IMG/VR virus record: IMGVR_UViG_3300032321_001527
Location: 1 to 42,986 of that record
Origin: a virus
Lineage: Duplodnaviria; Caudoviricetes
Length of the DNA: 42,986 nt
Reading direction: 5' to 3' (one strand)
Shown: piece by piece, positions 26,701 through 34,939 of the stretch
Position numbering within the stretch: the stretch's first letter is position 1
How the letters are laid out: every line of letters begins with the position of its first letter
The notes under the pieces: model-generated
Databases searched by the model: none
What the model was told of the DNA's origin: nothing
Seen by the model: the letters and a program-made list of their open reading frames with translations, nothing else
Program-made: the position numbers and the translations under genes

Positions 26701-29228
26701 AGATGCGTCCGCGGCCGGGTGTGCCGGTGTCGCAGCAGAAGCCCTTTGAGACCATCGGAACGTTCGTCAGCGACTACAACCGCACGTTGGCTGAGAGCAA
26801 GGCATACGTCCCGCGCGCCGTGCGCGACCTCATGGATGCCCGCCTACAAGAAGTCACCGGCACGCAGGACATGGCCGAGGGCGGCAAGGTCTTCCTCAAG
26901 TCCTGGAAGCGCGCGCTGACGGCCGGCTACATCTCCATGCGTCCGTGGTACCACTGGGTCAACATGTTCTCGGACATCGAGCAGGTCGGCTCGCACATCG
27001 GCCTCGATGTGGCCATGCGCATGGCTGCGCAGACGACGTTGCACAGCATGGCGATGGGCACGGGTCTCATCAGCCGCGGCGTGGGCCTGACCGGCGACGT
27101 CATCAACACGCTGTTCAGCAAGAAGTGGAAGTACAGCCGGACGCTGGAGGAGCTCGACAAGGTGCTGGCGTTCGGCGCGTTCGGCAAGCCCACCACGGGC
27201 GTGCTGGACATGACCGGCACGTTCGTCACGAAGGACGGTCGAGAGTTCGACAACGTCGCTCTGAACAAGATTTTCTACCGCAAAGGCGTCATGGAGTCGC
27301 AGGGCGCAACGGACGTTGCCGACACGCTGCGCGCCATGGAAGCGCGCCGCAACCTCCGCGGCCCCGAAGGCGCTGTGGTGGATGCGACGTCGGTCGGGCA
27401 GAAGGTGGCGAATGTGGCGAAGGGCGGCGCGGTTCGCGCGGCAGAGGCGTTCGCTGCCAACAACCAGCAGATCACCGACATCTCCAACTTCATCGCCCTG
27501 CGGCGCCGCGTCGGTCTGGCGCTGACGCTCATCGACATGGGCTACGAGCCGGAGCGCGCTGCGGAGATGGCGGTCGGCGCGCTGTACGACTACAAGCACA
27601 CGCTGCACCCCATCGAACGCGACATGTGGCAGTTCTTCAACCCGTTCTGGGCGTACCAGAAGAACAACGCCCGCCGCGCCATGACGGACGTCCTGCGCCC
27701 TGGCGGCCTCCGCCGCGTGCGGCTCATGTACGAGGGCAAGAAGATCGCAGCCAAGGCGGCCACGGCGTACATCACCAACAACATGCCGCCCACCGGCTTC
27801 GACACCGATGCCATGCAGCTGGACGACCTCGACCGTCCCGAGGGCGAGAAGCAGTACCCGATGTACTTGGAGGCGATGGCCAAGCTGCGCGCGCCCAGCG
27901 CTCAGTTCCCGAAGGGCCTGACCGACGACCAGATTTTCAAGATGATCCGCGAGGGCGGGTGGGGCCAGAACCTGCAGGGCCTTGAGAACCTCCAGATTCA
28001 GTACTGGTCGGACAACCCCCTGCAGGCCATGCTGCCCAGCTACGTGTGGGACCGGGTCTCGGTGTTCGCGCATGTGCCGCGCACCACGGACAACTTCCGC
28101 CTGTACAGCCCCGGCGAAGGCCGGCGCGGCGACCCGTTCGATGAGTACCGCGCCGTCGTCCTCCCCGGGGACGCGAACCTTGAAGGCCTTAACTACGGCG
28201 TCAACGCTGCTGTGGCGCTGCTGAACGCGTACCCTGCGCTCGTCAATCACGACCCGGGCGCCGCGGAGCGCTTCAAGGCCGCGTTCCCGAAGATCGTAGG
28301 CGACCCCACCCGCAACCCGTACTTCGTCGCCGTGGTGTCCGGCGCCATGGGGGCCATGGACGCGGAGGAGATGGCGAAGCACAACGCCTCGCTGCCTACC
28401 GGCGTTGGCGAGGTGCTCAACCGCTTCGGTGGCGCGGTCGCCGCGTCGGGCCTGCCGGTCACCGTGGAGGGCGAGGGTGGCGGCCTGTCTGCCACCGAGG
28501 CCAAGCGGTACTACATGCCGGCCTTCACCGCGGCCGTCTTGGAGCTGGCGAACGTCATGCCGTTCGTGAACGCGGCGGGCACGACGGAGAACGTCTACCG
28601 CCTCGCCACGGCTACGCCGGCGCTCGGCACGGCGGACGACCAGTGGAAGTGGGACGTTCTGGCGATGACCACCGGGCAGAAGTCGAACGTGTACTCCCTG
28701 TACGCGCAGCAGCGCCGGCAGGACTACCAGGCAGACCAGCGCATCCAGGCTGTCACCGAGGAAGTCAAGAAGGCCCGGCCGCTCCTGCCCACGGACGCTG
28801 CGCGCCTCACCGGCCAGCCGGCGTACCCGCCCGGCACGCCCATGCCCACGCCGCCCGTTGCTGCGCCCGTCGAAAAGCCCGCCAACCCGTGGCAGCCATT
28901 CTTCGAAGTGCGCGGAAACGACATCCCGACGTTGTCGCTCGACGCTCTGGATGCGTATTACAACGAAGGACCGGGCGAGTTCGAACGGATGTCGAACAGC
29001 GTCGTGCGCCACGCACAGAAAGGTCTGTCGCAGGACACCTCGGAGTCCTTCGTGCTGTGGTACTGGGCATCGAAGCGCGCTCTGGCCGGCATCCCTGCGG
29101 AGAAGTCCGGGCTCGGCGCGTACTACCGGTTCGCTCCGGTCTACCAGCGGATGCTCCAGCAGGGAGTATCGCCGGAAGAGGATGAGAAGTTCGTCCTGCA
29201 GCTTGACTATCCGGGCGCGCCCCAGTAG
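20724..29228 (+). CDS. Giant internal virion/ejection protein of large-polyvalent-protein type (2834 aa)
   Basis: 8.5-kb open frame; coiled coils; degenerate zincin-like segment; C-terminal WKRALT..RPWYHWVN and LYDYKHTLHPIER..FNPFWAYQKNN motifs as seen in large podovirus ejection proteins. Confidence 0.75.
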   Translation: MSPEEALAARLAAKAATAAKATSTPEPSTPLTAEQLLEKKMAERAAAPKPAPVPKPAPAPKPPPAVMAPKPPPAPIVAAPPPMPKPAPAPVVVTPAPAPTIAPEVWQKMSLAERQAAGAARKAQMPAPPAPSTEPVQFPVSRTEAYNMPAGTSFGQAVKGLEAERIDEAARAAEAAKPELKSYTENLDYRAPTLTPEYRPGYSSMSEREKAAEKIPGATMADLQRAQKRVETARSIGNVGLTSMLELAAAEEDLRHITALRETGFDPQESTLGRDIASFVTSNLYIPDDALKKRLAADTAAQQEREAAARAAINKEEAQRLDVLNRTLVSAFPESVALQRQAKSNIRDMAERNQHLDEGKANAAFIKEASEWLMVNKGWDTLPTYVQGPQGAMRDAAGNQINPRAEKEIEARKEAVKWLASLRAEGPGYWPFPVYDSDYIPRDQLTTGDYLSAFFLPKKEVTPSGKSVRVTNPVEHVLGMLGVVGSAAAEWERSALGGDADMFRALHNKSMAFDRVVLDAENLPKYKEMIEGANIHSAVGLSNLEGVVAVTGVALVGDMLLDLPTLGGAVYHGFAELGTVARASRAMTQAAKEGKAAEEVLRIGEKVTNADAAKLAERLRKSATTSKTMDAKNALLDAAQELERRSKVSRLNATPEELADVARMRRDGYLQEEPGARAVNQSFLSKADASKRTIHPDDATAALSTVEDELRAQQDVLAKHDEDIKAVREKYKAQDAAIKKDLAEGRSTPEEARSLTNAVKTNRDAELEPMLKARRDTAALVSQLTLATDYVSTGKYADAYANATAEAERTVEAEKASSMPVPSVPYSQVFPSAPAPAAVPRPDEAEIVRVFGEDVATGAQMERIVTAKSFREALKAAQVQGKNTAAVEKLSTDILTHMEASNPELRQVIADMRARFQNRATPISSTELLYRLSAQKELDFLGARYTEAMNRAQARVDAARAELERLRSMEEMAASPKTKLFAKEKAELKAAEDELAQVRAGMAPEAPPPTPEVAPTPEVAPAPEAAPVKPTTTTDKITEAAENGDLTPEQVPVADSLNAALETVQREQRFNLDSLWFAASGEPFSLPSATWTPSPTLGAKQQAHLLFNAGGREYGTEKGRALGKYLVGPETDDFAKQFNLPRPEQMSDAKAFTLMVSVDGGESQKYTAALAKKLNKDNASGVPHSVKVIEFTPTAPLDLPRVGGNTPVANTVNNYLRSLLPFSDPAAKAGEEKLVRLNDLVLVNNPEAAQALGAYRPPNGEPIAVDRFVGRVEGFKDGQAIIRPYDFAPNSRNLILQSRFEPVAIAPEQLDYMERGRVWRKPNDLSSTNTQRPMTHAEWAALRAQEDAMPEARTLSYRPQVAGAMVKLDPPLPTTAEHYYFKPSDLSDAAAKAEAEASLRRSYSGLATPLPEEVGLPPEALKAAEAAEAAPAPAAPKYTQADLDNAEARAATARNELEKARRARTAATAAQKKGTLGTRITEAERALSEAEAAYDGVSATRSALTDVQSGVEAALGEAQAARQPLTEEVKAHEESIKAREAYRRKPPPERVNPVTPARARFEKQARDVSARLGEDPRRVDARLRMHEVLADHLNQTAPEEFPTTDAYYARVTQEMQNAPAVYDGTNTLITFLHSANSGDLVKAPAEFLRTILPPATQKEVEDALGVVDGQWTRTQSEAFAKQFTAFLANSRQTGKASLDEAYKDISESLRVLYENGAVDNVDPKLQAVFDQLTANTEKSKSVMLGGYGGRESLQRQVEVLRQYKQKATGGYVQQMKTFVNSVRDLLFASNRDRAMRSLLPEARRIVEGVDGEMSLVNKALASALNKGENPIATILDNPADPVLWTYAQDSLKNGSLEEQQRAVAQSYITIKKGEASLTEDQMKHLLGVIRGGAGKTAQQVADDLYAESRVLPGAKVRDRLEGDALFTQSAALLGAEQSGVLQGIGIGATISADSAAKAAEYAADGVLSDEGLQIVMNAIDNPLNYVPELKIGEMRPRPGVPVSQQKPFETIGTFVSDYNRTLAESKAYVPRAVRDLMDARLQEVTGTQDMAEGGKVFLKSWKRALTAGYISMRPWYHWVNMFSDIEQVGSHIGLDVAMRMAAQTTLHSMAMGTGLISRGVGLTGDVINTLFSKKWKYSRTLEELDKVLAFGAFGKPTTGVLDMTGTFVTKDGREFDNVALNKIFYRKGVMESQGATDVADTLRAMEARRNLRGPEGAVVDATSVGQKVANVAKGGAVRAAEAFAANNQQITDISNFIALRRRVGLALTLIDMGYEPERAAEMAVGALYDYKHTLHPIERDMWQFFNPFWAYQKNNARRAMTDVLRPGGLRRVRLMYEGKKIAAKAATAYITNNMPPTGFDTDAMQLDDLDRPEGEKQYPMYLEAMAKLRAPSAQFPKGLTDDQIFKMIREGGWGQNLQGLENLQIQYWSDNPLQAMLPSYVWDRVSVFAHVPRTTDNFRLYSPGEGRRGDPFDEYRAVVLPGDANLEGLNYGVNAAVALLNAYPALVNHDPGAAERFKAAFPKIVGDPTRNPYFVAVVSGAMGAMDAEEMAKHNASLPTGVGEVLNRFGGAVAASGLPVTVEGEGGGLSATEAKRYYMPAFTAAVLELANVMPFVNAAGTTENVYRLATATPALGTADDQWKWDVLAMTTGQKSNVYSLYAQQRRQDYQADQRIQAVTEEVKKARPLLPTDAARLTGQPAYPPGTPMPTPPVAAPVEKPANPWQPFFEVRGNDIPTLSLDALDAYYNEGPGEFERMSNSVVRHAQKGLSQDTSESFVLWYWASKRALAGIPAEKSGLGAYYRFAPVYQRMLQQGVSPEEDEKFVLQLDYPGAPQ

Positions 29229-29254
29229 TCTCCTACTCGCACCAGAGGTCGCAT

Positions 29255-30133
29255 ATGGGTCCGTGGATTCTTGGCAAGCTCATCCGTTTCGGCGAAATCG
29301 CCAGCAAGCACTTCGGCATCGCCGCCATCAACAAGACCGGTGGCACGCTCACGAAGGGCACGCTGGTCTACGTGTCCGGATGGGACACTACCACCGGCCG
29401 GTGGAAAGTCTCCAAGGCCGTCGCGGGCTCGCCCGGCGTGGTCGCCCACTACGCCACCGGCGTCGTGATGACGGACGTCGCCAACGACAACTCCTGCACC
29501 GTGCGCCCTGGCGCCAAGGTGACCGGCCTCAATACCAGCGGCAAGACCGTGGGCGATGCGGTCTATCTGGACGTCGCGGCCGGCGCGTACACCTACACCG
29601 CGCCTGCGACCTCCGCCCAGATGGTCGGCATCGTGACCAAGGTGGATGCCACCGATGGCTCCATCGAGTTCGACATGCCGTACCTCGGCTCGTTCGTGAA
29701 CAGCCCGGTGGAGGCCGTGGGTCTCACCTCGGTCAACGTCACGCTCTCGCCCGCTCAGATCATCCTGCTGCGCGCCACCCCCATCACGCTCATCCCCGCG
29801 CCCGGCGTCGGCAACGTCATCGAGCTGGTCGAGGGTGGTGCGTACCTGTCCTACGGCACCGCCGCCTACGTCGGCGCGAACAACCTGCAGCTCAAGTACA
29901 AGGACGGCACGGGCGCTGCGGCGTCCGAGCCCATCCCTGCGACGGGCTTCCTCGCCGCCACCGTGTCCACCGCGGTCGGCATCGAGAAGATCAGCACCGG
30001 CGCGCCTGTGGCGAAGACGGTCGCGGACAACCAGCCCATGGTGATCCACAACGTGGGTGCCAGCGAGCTGACCACGGGCGACAGCCCCATCCGCATCCGT
30101 CTGGTCTACCGCGTCGTCGCGGCCGGGTGGTAG
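29255..30133 (+). CDS. Virion structural protein (head fibre/decoration-like, two domains)
   Basis: INKTGGTLTKGTLVYVSG..VGDAVYL..G.YT..AP pattern, plus a second domain LRATPITLIPAPG; strong codon bias. Confidence 0.6.
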   Translation: MGPWILGKLIRFGEIASKHFGIAAINKTGGTLTKGTLVYVSGWDTTTGRWKVSKAVAGSPGVVAHYATGVVMTDVANDNSCTVRPGAKVTGLNTSGKTVGDAVYLDVAAGAYTYTAPATSAQMVGIVTKVDATDGSIEFDMPYLGSFVNSPVEAVGLTSVNVTLSPAQIILLRATPITLIPAPGVGNVIELVEGGAYLSYGTAAYVGANNLQLKYKDGTGAAASEPIPATGFLAATVSTAVGIEKISTGAPVAKTVADNQPMVIHNVGASELTTGDSPIRIRLVYRVVAAGW

Positions 30134-30136
30134 CCC

Positions 30137-30511
30137 ATGATGACCTCTCCGCTCTGTGACCGCGTCACCAACATCGGTGGCACCGCGGTTGCCGGAAACG
30201 CGCAGACGACGCTGCAGCTGTCCTCGCAGGGCAAGGCCATCAAGCTCTCCCTGCTGTCGGTCAAGGTGAAGCGGAAGACCGGTGCGTCGGCGACGGCGCA
30301 TCAGGCCCGCCTGGGCAACGTCAGCGGCTTCACGGCCGATGCCATCACCCAGTTCTTCCGCGGCACCTCGACGGCTGCCGCGACGCTGTACGCGGCGACG
30401 GACATCAACCAGCCGTTCTACACGGATGCCAACGGGCGCGTGTACCTTAGCCTCGATGCCGACGCTGGCGACACGTTCGAATACGAAGTCTGGTATCAGG
30501 TGATGGGGTAG
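30137..30511 (+). CDS. Hypothetical structural protein (124 aa)
   Basis: Tightly packed in the operon; beta-rich. Confidence 0.65.
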   Translation: MMTSPLCDRVTNIGGTAVAGNAQTTLQLSSQGKAIKLSLLSVKVKRKTGASATAHQARLGNVSGFTADAITQFFRGTSTAAATLYAATDINQPFYTDANGRVYLSLDADAGDTFEYEVWYQVMG

Positions 30512-30513
30512 TC

Positions 30514-30852
30514 ATGCCGGAAAGCACTGAGAAGCTGCTCCTCGACCTGCTCAAGCGGCAGGCTGACCAAGCGACCGTCGAGCGCCGCGAGTTGCGCGAA
30601 AGTTTTGAGAGCAATCTCAAGGGCATCCGCAACGAGTTCCGCGTGTTTGCGCTGGTCATCATCTTGGGCCTCTTTGGCCTGCTTGGTCTGGGCGCCAACG
30701 TCCATTTTCCGGGCGGCATGGTCATCGAGACCACGCCCGCCGGCCCCACCGGCACGGCGACTGTGACCGTCACGGCCGATGCGGGCGCTGACCCCACTCC
30801 GGCGGACATCGTCGTGGTGCCCGTCCCCAGCACCGAGCCGGAGCCGCAGTGA
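30514..30852 (+). CDS. Single-pass membrane protein with N-terminal coiled coil (possible holin/antiholin-like)
   Basis: Transmembrane segment FRVFALVIILGLFGLLGLGA. Confidence 0.6.
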   Translation: MPESTEKLLLDLLKRQADQATVERRELRESFESNLKGIRNEFRVFALVIILGLFGLLGLGANVHFPGGMVIETTPAGPTGTATVTVTADAGADPTPADIVVVPVPSTEPEPQ

Positions 30853-31088
30853 AGCCGAACCTCGTCAACGTCCTCCACCACCTTGACGTCAAGGCCCTGC
30901 GCGAGCTGGCCAAGACGCTGACTGAGGCCGGGCACACGCAGGATGAGGTCGTGGAGCAGGTCGTCGCGGTCGTGGACGCCCTGCTGCCGTGGGATCAGAT
31001 GGGCCCGGCCGGCGTGGCGATTGACGCCATCGACGGCCCGGTTGTCACCGCGTTCGTCAAGCTCCTCCTGCACACCAAGAGGAAGTGA
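30849..31088 (+). CDS. Hypothetical protein (79 aa)
   Basis: GGAG RBS, GTGA overlap, good codon bias. Confidence 0.7.
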   Translation: MKPNLVNVLHHLDVKALRELAKTLTEAGHTQDEVVEQVVAVVDALLPWDQMGPAGVAIDAIDGPVVTAFVKLLLHTKRK

Positions 31089-31486
31089 TGGGCTCCATCA
31101 TGTTCCCCACATCCCCGCGCCGGCAGGACACGCTGGAGCTGGACTGGGGCCATGATGGCAACGCGCCGATCGGCACCCGATACCTGTACCGCAACGCCGG
31201 CGCGCCCAGCACGACGCCGCAGTACGCGCGGGCGAGCCGTAGCTGCACGGCGCGAGCCATCAACGTCCGCGTCACGACCGGGCCTGGCGCGGGCGTCACG
31301 GACACCTGGACGCTGCAGCGCAACGGGGTGGACACGGGGCTGACGGTGTCGCTCACGAACAGCACCGCCTCGGCGACCGGCACCGGCGCGGAGTCCTTCA
31401 CGTACGGGGACGACATCTCGCTGAAGCAGGTGTGCAACACGGGCAGCACCACCCACGATGTGCAGGTTACGGTAGACTTCGACTGA
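31088..31486 (+). CDS. Hypothetical beta-rich structural protein (132 aa)
   Basis: TGATG coupling; Thr/Gly-rich beta-sandwich-like sequence. Confidence 0.65.
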   Translation: MGSIMFPTSPRRQDTLELDWGHDGNAPIGTRYLYRNAGAPSTTPQYARASRSCTARAINVRVTTGPGAGVTDTWTLQRNGVDTGLTVSLTNSTASATGTGAESFTYGDDISLKQVCNTGSTTHDVQVTVDFD

Positions 31487-31492
31487 GGAGTC

Positions 31493-32239
31493 ATGCGGTA
31501 CGCCCTTCAAGCACAACTGGCCATCGAGGTGGATGCCCGCATCGCGGGTGACGCCGCGAACGCATCGCCGTTGACGACGAAGGGCGACCTGTACACGTTC
31601 AGCACAAGCAACGCCCGGCTGCCCGTGGGCACGAACGGCTACGTCCTGACCGCCGACAGCTCGACCACGACGGGGCTCAAGTGGGCCGCGGCCGGCGGTG
31701 GCAGCAGTGACCACACGACCCTATCGAACCTCGCCTGGCTCAGCAGCGGCCACACCGGTATTGCCAGCCGCCTCGCGGGCTTCAATGGCTCCGGCGCCGC
31801 GGCGTACTACGCCATCGACAGCGTGGGTGGCGTGCAGGGCTACAGCGCCACGCTGGCTGCGGTGGTGGCCGGTACGTGGGCCGGCTCGACCAGCATCACC
31901 ACGCTCGGCACCATCTCCTCCGGGACATGGAGCGGAACGACCATCGCCGTGGGGAAGGGGGGCACCGGGCTGACCTCGTACACCGCGGGCGACATGCTGT
32001 ACGCGACGGGGACGACGACGCTGGCGGTTACGCCGAGTTCCTCCACCGGCCGCAGCATCCTCAACCTCGGCGCGCCCCCCACCGGCTACGTGCTGGGCAA
32101 CTCCGGCAGCGGTCTCGGCTGGGTGGCGCTGACCGTGTACGTGGCCGCCTCGCGCATCCCGGAGGCCGGCTTCAAGATTGACCAGGCCAGCAACCCCGCG
32201 CTCATCGTCACCTCCAGTGGCACCATCGGAGGGCCATAG
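31493..32239 (+). CDS. Tail fibre protein
   Basis: LTTKGDL..RLPVGTNGYVLTADS..GLKW and TIAVGKGGTGLTSYTAGDMLYA fibre-shaft motifs; GAGGAG RBS. Confidence 0.8.
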   Translation: MRYALQAQLAIEVDARIAGDAANASPLTTKGDLYTFSTSNARLPVGTNGYVLTADSSTTTGLKWAAAGGGSSDHTTLSNLAWLSSGHTGIASRLAGFNGSGAAAYYAIDSVGGVQGYSATLAAVVAGTWAGSTSITTLGTISSGTWSGTTIAVGKGGTGLTSYTAGDMLYATGTTTLAVTPSSSTGRSILNLGAPPTGYVLGNSGSGLGWVALTVYVAASRIPEAGFKIDQASNPALIVTSSGTIGGP

Positions 32240-32242
32240 TCC

Positions 32243-33250
32243 ATGGCATACCCTGTCCCCGCGTTGACCTTTGTGCGTTGTGCCGATGTCTCTCCGACCG
32301 GCGCCACCGTCGAGTCCATGAACGACGCCATCTACAACGCGCTGACTGCGGCCAACGACTACCGAGGCATCGCGAAGCCCTCGACGCATGTCTGGACGGT
32401 CACCAAGCGGGTGGTCAGCACGCTGACGCAGGCGCTGACCTGCGAGCCCCCGGCCGCGTCTGGACTCGGTGTCACACCCGTTGTCCTCATCGCCGGGCGC
32501 GCGCTGGTCGGCACGCCCACCACGCCCACGATGCTCAGTCCGGACACCGCCTTCAACGCGACGTTGCATGTGGGAATCAACAAGAACGGCGGCAGCTACA
32601 ACAGCTGGGACGCCGCGCTTCCGATGACCTCGGGCCAGTGGTCGGGCTACTACCGGGCCAGCCTCACCACCATGGCGGTCACAACCATCGTTCGCGTGTA
32701 CGTCAGCCAGGAAACCATTCTGGTCACGACCATCAACAACTCGACCTCGCACGCGTGGTTCTACGCCGGAGCCATTCTCCAGCCCTACAGCAACGACACA
32801 TCGGTTTGCTCCGAGACCGATGGACGCATCTACGGCATGTGCGTCAGCGGCGCGACGGCGGCCGTGTCGGCCACGTGGTTGTCCAGTGTCAATGCCATGT
32901 GGAGCTACAACATCGCGGCCAATAACCTGCACTGTGCCGTGTTCCAGCCCAACACGTCGACTGTGTGGAGTTGTGGCACCCGCACGGTCTACAGCTCGGG
33001 CGGCGGCACCATCCCGGAAACGCAGGACAGCCTCGGCGCGTACATCGGAGATGCGATGGACTTTGGCCGCAACATCGGAAGCAATGGAGCAAACACGGGC
33101 ACGCGCCTCGGGACGCTCCGGGGCATCTACCGTGCCGGCAACGTCATCAGCGGGCGCTGGCTGCGCACCGGCTCGACCGACTTGTACCACTATGTGTCGG
33201 TCGACACGGCCAACGTCGCCAACGCCATGATGCTCCCGGCGGTCGCGTGA
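32243..33250 (+). CDS. Tail/virion structural protein (335 aa)
   Basis: Thr/Ser/Gly-rich beta protein after the fibre gene; RLGTLRGIY motif. Confidence 0.6.
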   Translation: MAYPVPALTFVRCADVSPTGATVESMNDAIYNALTAANDYRGIAKPSTHVWTVTKRVVSTLTQALTCEPPAASGLGVTPVVLIAGRALVGTPTTPTMLSPDTAFNATLHVGINKNGGSYNSWDAALPMTSGQWSGYYRASLTTMAVTTIVRVYVSQETILVTTINNSTSHAWFYAGAILQPYSNDTSVCSETDGRIYGMCVSGATAAVSATWLSSVNAMWSYNIAANNLHCAVFQPNTSTVWSCGTRTVYSSGGGTIPETQDSLGAYIGDAMDFGRNIGSNGANTGTRLGTLRGIYRAGNVISGRWLRTGSTDLYHYVSVDTANVANAMMLPAVA

Positions 33251-33453
33251 GTTCGGCCGCTGTGGAGATGCTTCGCGCCCTGCTCGCCGAGGGGTGGGAC
33301 ATCGACTACGTCCGCGTGTCCGACCCTCACGCGGCGGCCATCCTCCACGAGGGCCTGCTGACTGCCGATCAGATTCAAGCGGAGCTGCTACCCGGTCGAA
33401 TCGTGCTCTACACGGTTGATGGTGTCATGTTTGATGCCGTGATTTCGCAGTAG
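33247..33453 (+). CDS. Hypothetical protein (68 aa, MSSAAVEMLRALLAEGW...)
   Basis: GTGA overlap; 3' part of ORF-track 32965..33453. Confidence 0.55.
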   Translation: MSSAAVEMLRALLAEGWDIDYVRVSDPHAAAILHEGLLTADQIQAELLPGRIVLYTVDGVMFDAVISQ

Positions 33454-33492
33454 ACGTAATGTGTTAGCGTGTCTCACCACGGAGCTAACGCG

Positions 33493-33585
33493 ATGCCTGA
33501 CTCGACTATCGACCGCCTTTTCTTGATGCTTGAAGCGCAGAGCAAGCTTGCAAGCGCAGAGCGTGCCCAGCTCACGGCGCGCTGA
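33493..33585 (+). CDS. 30-aa ORF resembling the N-terminus of the 30514 protein (MPDSTIDRLFLMLEAQSKLASAERAQLTAR)
   Basis: GGAG RBS; TGATG-coupled to the holin-like gene; manual translation. Confidence 0.5.
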   Translation: MPDSTIDRLFLMLEAQSKLASAERAQLTAR

Positions 33586-33920
33586 TGTTTGGGGCATCGT
33601 ACCTGTCTCTGTACGGCTCCCCAGCGGGCACTATGATCGCTATCGTGGCCGGGCTCGCGGTAGTCGTTGCGATTCAGTATCTGGTGTCTCGGGTGTTCGG
33701 CGCAAGCAAGTCGATCATCGAGGCGCTGACCTACTTTGCGACCTCGATGGTCGCGGTTCTTGTTGCCGTTTACGTCTGCGACTTGTTGATCGCAGGGCCT
33801 GACGTCATGCTCCTTCGCGACGGCGAGCGCGCCGAGATCGTCGGATTCGTCAAGGATACGTGCTTGATGGTATTTGCCTACTTCTTCGGGACTAAAAGCC
33901 AGAATCAGGGACCAGCATGA
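33585..33920 (+). CDS. Putative three-TM holin
   Basis: Three hydrophobic segments, C-terminal VFAYFFGTKS motif, ATGA overlap with the endolysin gene. Confidence 0.65.
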   Translation: MFGASYLSLYGSPAGTMIAIVAGLAVVVAIQYLVSRVFGASKSIIEALTYFATSMVAVLVAVYVCDLLIAGPDVMLLRDGERAEIVGFVKDTCLMVFAYFFGTKSQNQGPA

Positions 33921-34357
33921 ACCTCAGCCCGCACTTCACCCTTGCCGAACTTACCGGCAGCGATGCCACCAACCGCGCCGAGGCCGAGCCGTATCTGGCC
34001 AGCCTGACGGCGCTGTGCGCGACCCTGCTGGAGCCGGTGCGCGCGCAGTTCGGCCCCGTCGCCGTCCACAGCGGATTCCGCGGCCCCACCGAGAACGCCC
34101 GGGTGAAAGGCGCCAAGGCGAGCCAGCATCTCAAGGGCGAGGCCGTCGACTTCCACTGCCCTGGCGCGAAGCTGGAAGATGTGATGGCGTGGGTCGTACG
34201 CGACTCAGGCCTGCACTACGGACAGGTCATCCTTGAAGGGCGCCGCGGCCCGTACACCTGGATTCACCTCTCGCTCGGCCAGCCGTACCGCGTCGGGTCG
34301 AAGTGCCAGCAGGCGCTGACCACCCGGGACGGCGTCAACTACACCCCCTACAAGTAG
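33917..34357 (+). CDS. Endolysin, peptidase M15 (M15A / Peptidase_M15_3-like)
   Basis: [37 protein letters not shown] zinc-peptidase motifs. Confidence 0.9.
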   Translation: MNLSPHFTLAELTGSDATNRAEAEPYLASLTALCATLLEPVRAQFGPVAVHSGFRGPTENARVKGAKASQHLKGEAVDFHCPGAKLEDVMAWVVRDSGLHYGQVILEGRRGPYTWIHLSLGQPYRVGSKCQQALTTRDGVNYTPYK

Positions 34358-34365
34358 GAGCCCCC

Positions 34366-34506
34366 ATGCCTCTCAAGTCCGGCAGCAGCCAGAAGACCAT
34401 CAGCGCAAACATCCGCACCGAGATCAAGGCCGGCGTGCCGCAGAAGCAGGCCGTCGCCATCGCGCTCAACAAGGCCGGGAAGTCTACTTCTTCGAAGAAG
34501 AAGTAG
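34366..34506 (+). CDS. Small basic conserved phage protein (46 aa, [34 protein letters not shown]...)
   Basis: AGGAG RBS; KQAVAIAL motif of a widespread small phage protein family. Confidence 0.8.
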   Translation: MPLKSGSSQKTISANIRTEIKAGVPQKQAVAIALNKAGKSTSSKKK

Positions 34507-34939
34507 CGCGGCCGAACCGCTGCTGGAGCAGGTACAGCGCGCTCAGGTGCGAGGTGCCTACCCCAGCGATGAAGTTCTGCGTGGACGCCGGGTAGCAGCC
34601 CTTGGCGCAGTCGGCGTTGCACTCCTCCACGGACGCCAGCACCATGGTCGCCACCATGACGGGCGTATCGCAGTGCACCAGCTTGCTGATGATGTCCGAC
34701 GCCGCGGCCCACGCCGCCACCGGCTCCAGCTTGTCGCTGCCGTACTCGCCGGCGATGATCTCAGCCAGGCCGTCAATCTCCTCGACGCGCGCTTCGTACA
34801 GGCGCTCAAAGAGGAGGTGGTCGGCGTACGCGGTAGGCCCGCGCGACTGCCAGTGCAGCGTCCAGTAGACATGGTGCGCCGCGCGCAGGTGCGCCCACAG
34901 GTCGAGCAGGCACTTGAGGCTGGAGTGGGAAGTGTCCAT
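34484..34939 (-). CDS. dps: Dps/ferritin-like protein
   Basis: [30 protein letters not shown] matches the Dps ferroxidase signature HWxxxGxxxxxxHxxxExxY...DxxAE; 151 aa. Confidence 0.8.
   Translation of the reverse strand: MDTSHSSLKCLLDLWAHLRAAHHVYWTLHWQSRGPTAYADHLLFERLYEARVEEIDGLAEIIAGEYGSDKLEPVAAWAAASDIISKLVHCDTPVMVATMVLASVEECNADCAKGCYPASTQNFIAGVGTSHLSALYLLQQRFGRATSSSKK

Noticed and set aside
20724-29228. Virion-encapsidated RNA polymerase (N4- or crAss-like) in the giant ORF
   Set aside because: I found no DxDGD-type or single-subunit polymerase catalytic motifs, and the early promoters are of host sigma70 type. A structure search is needed to exclude it fully.
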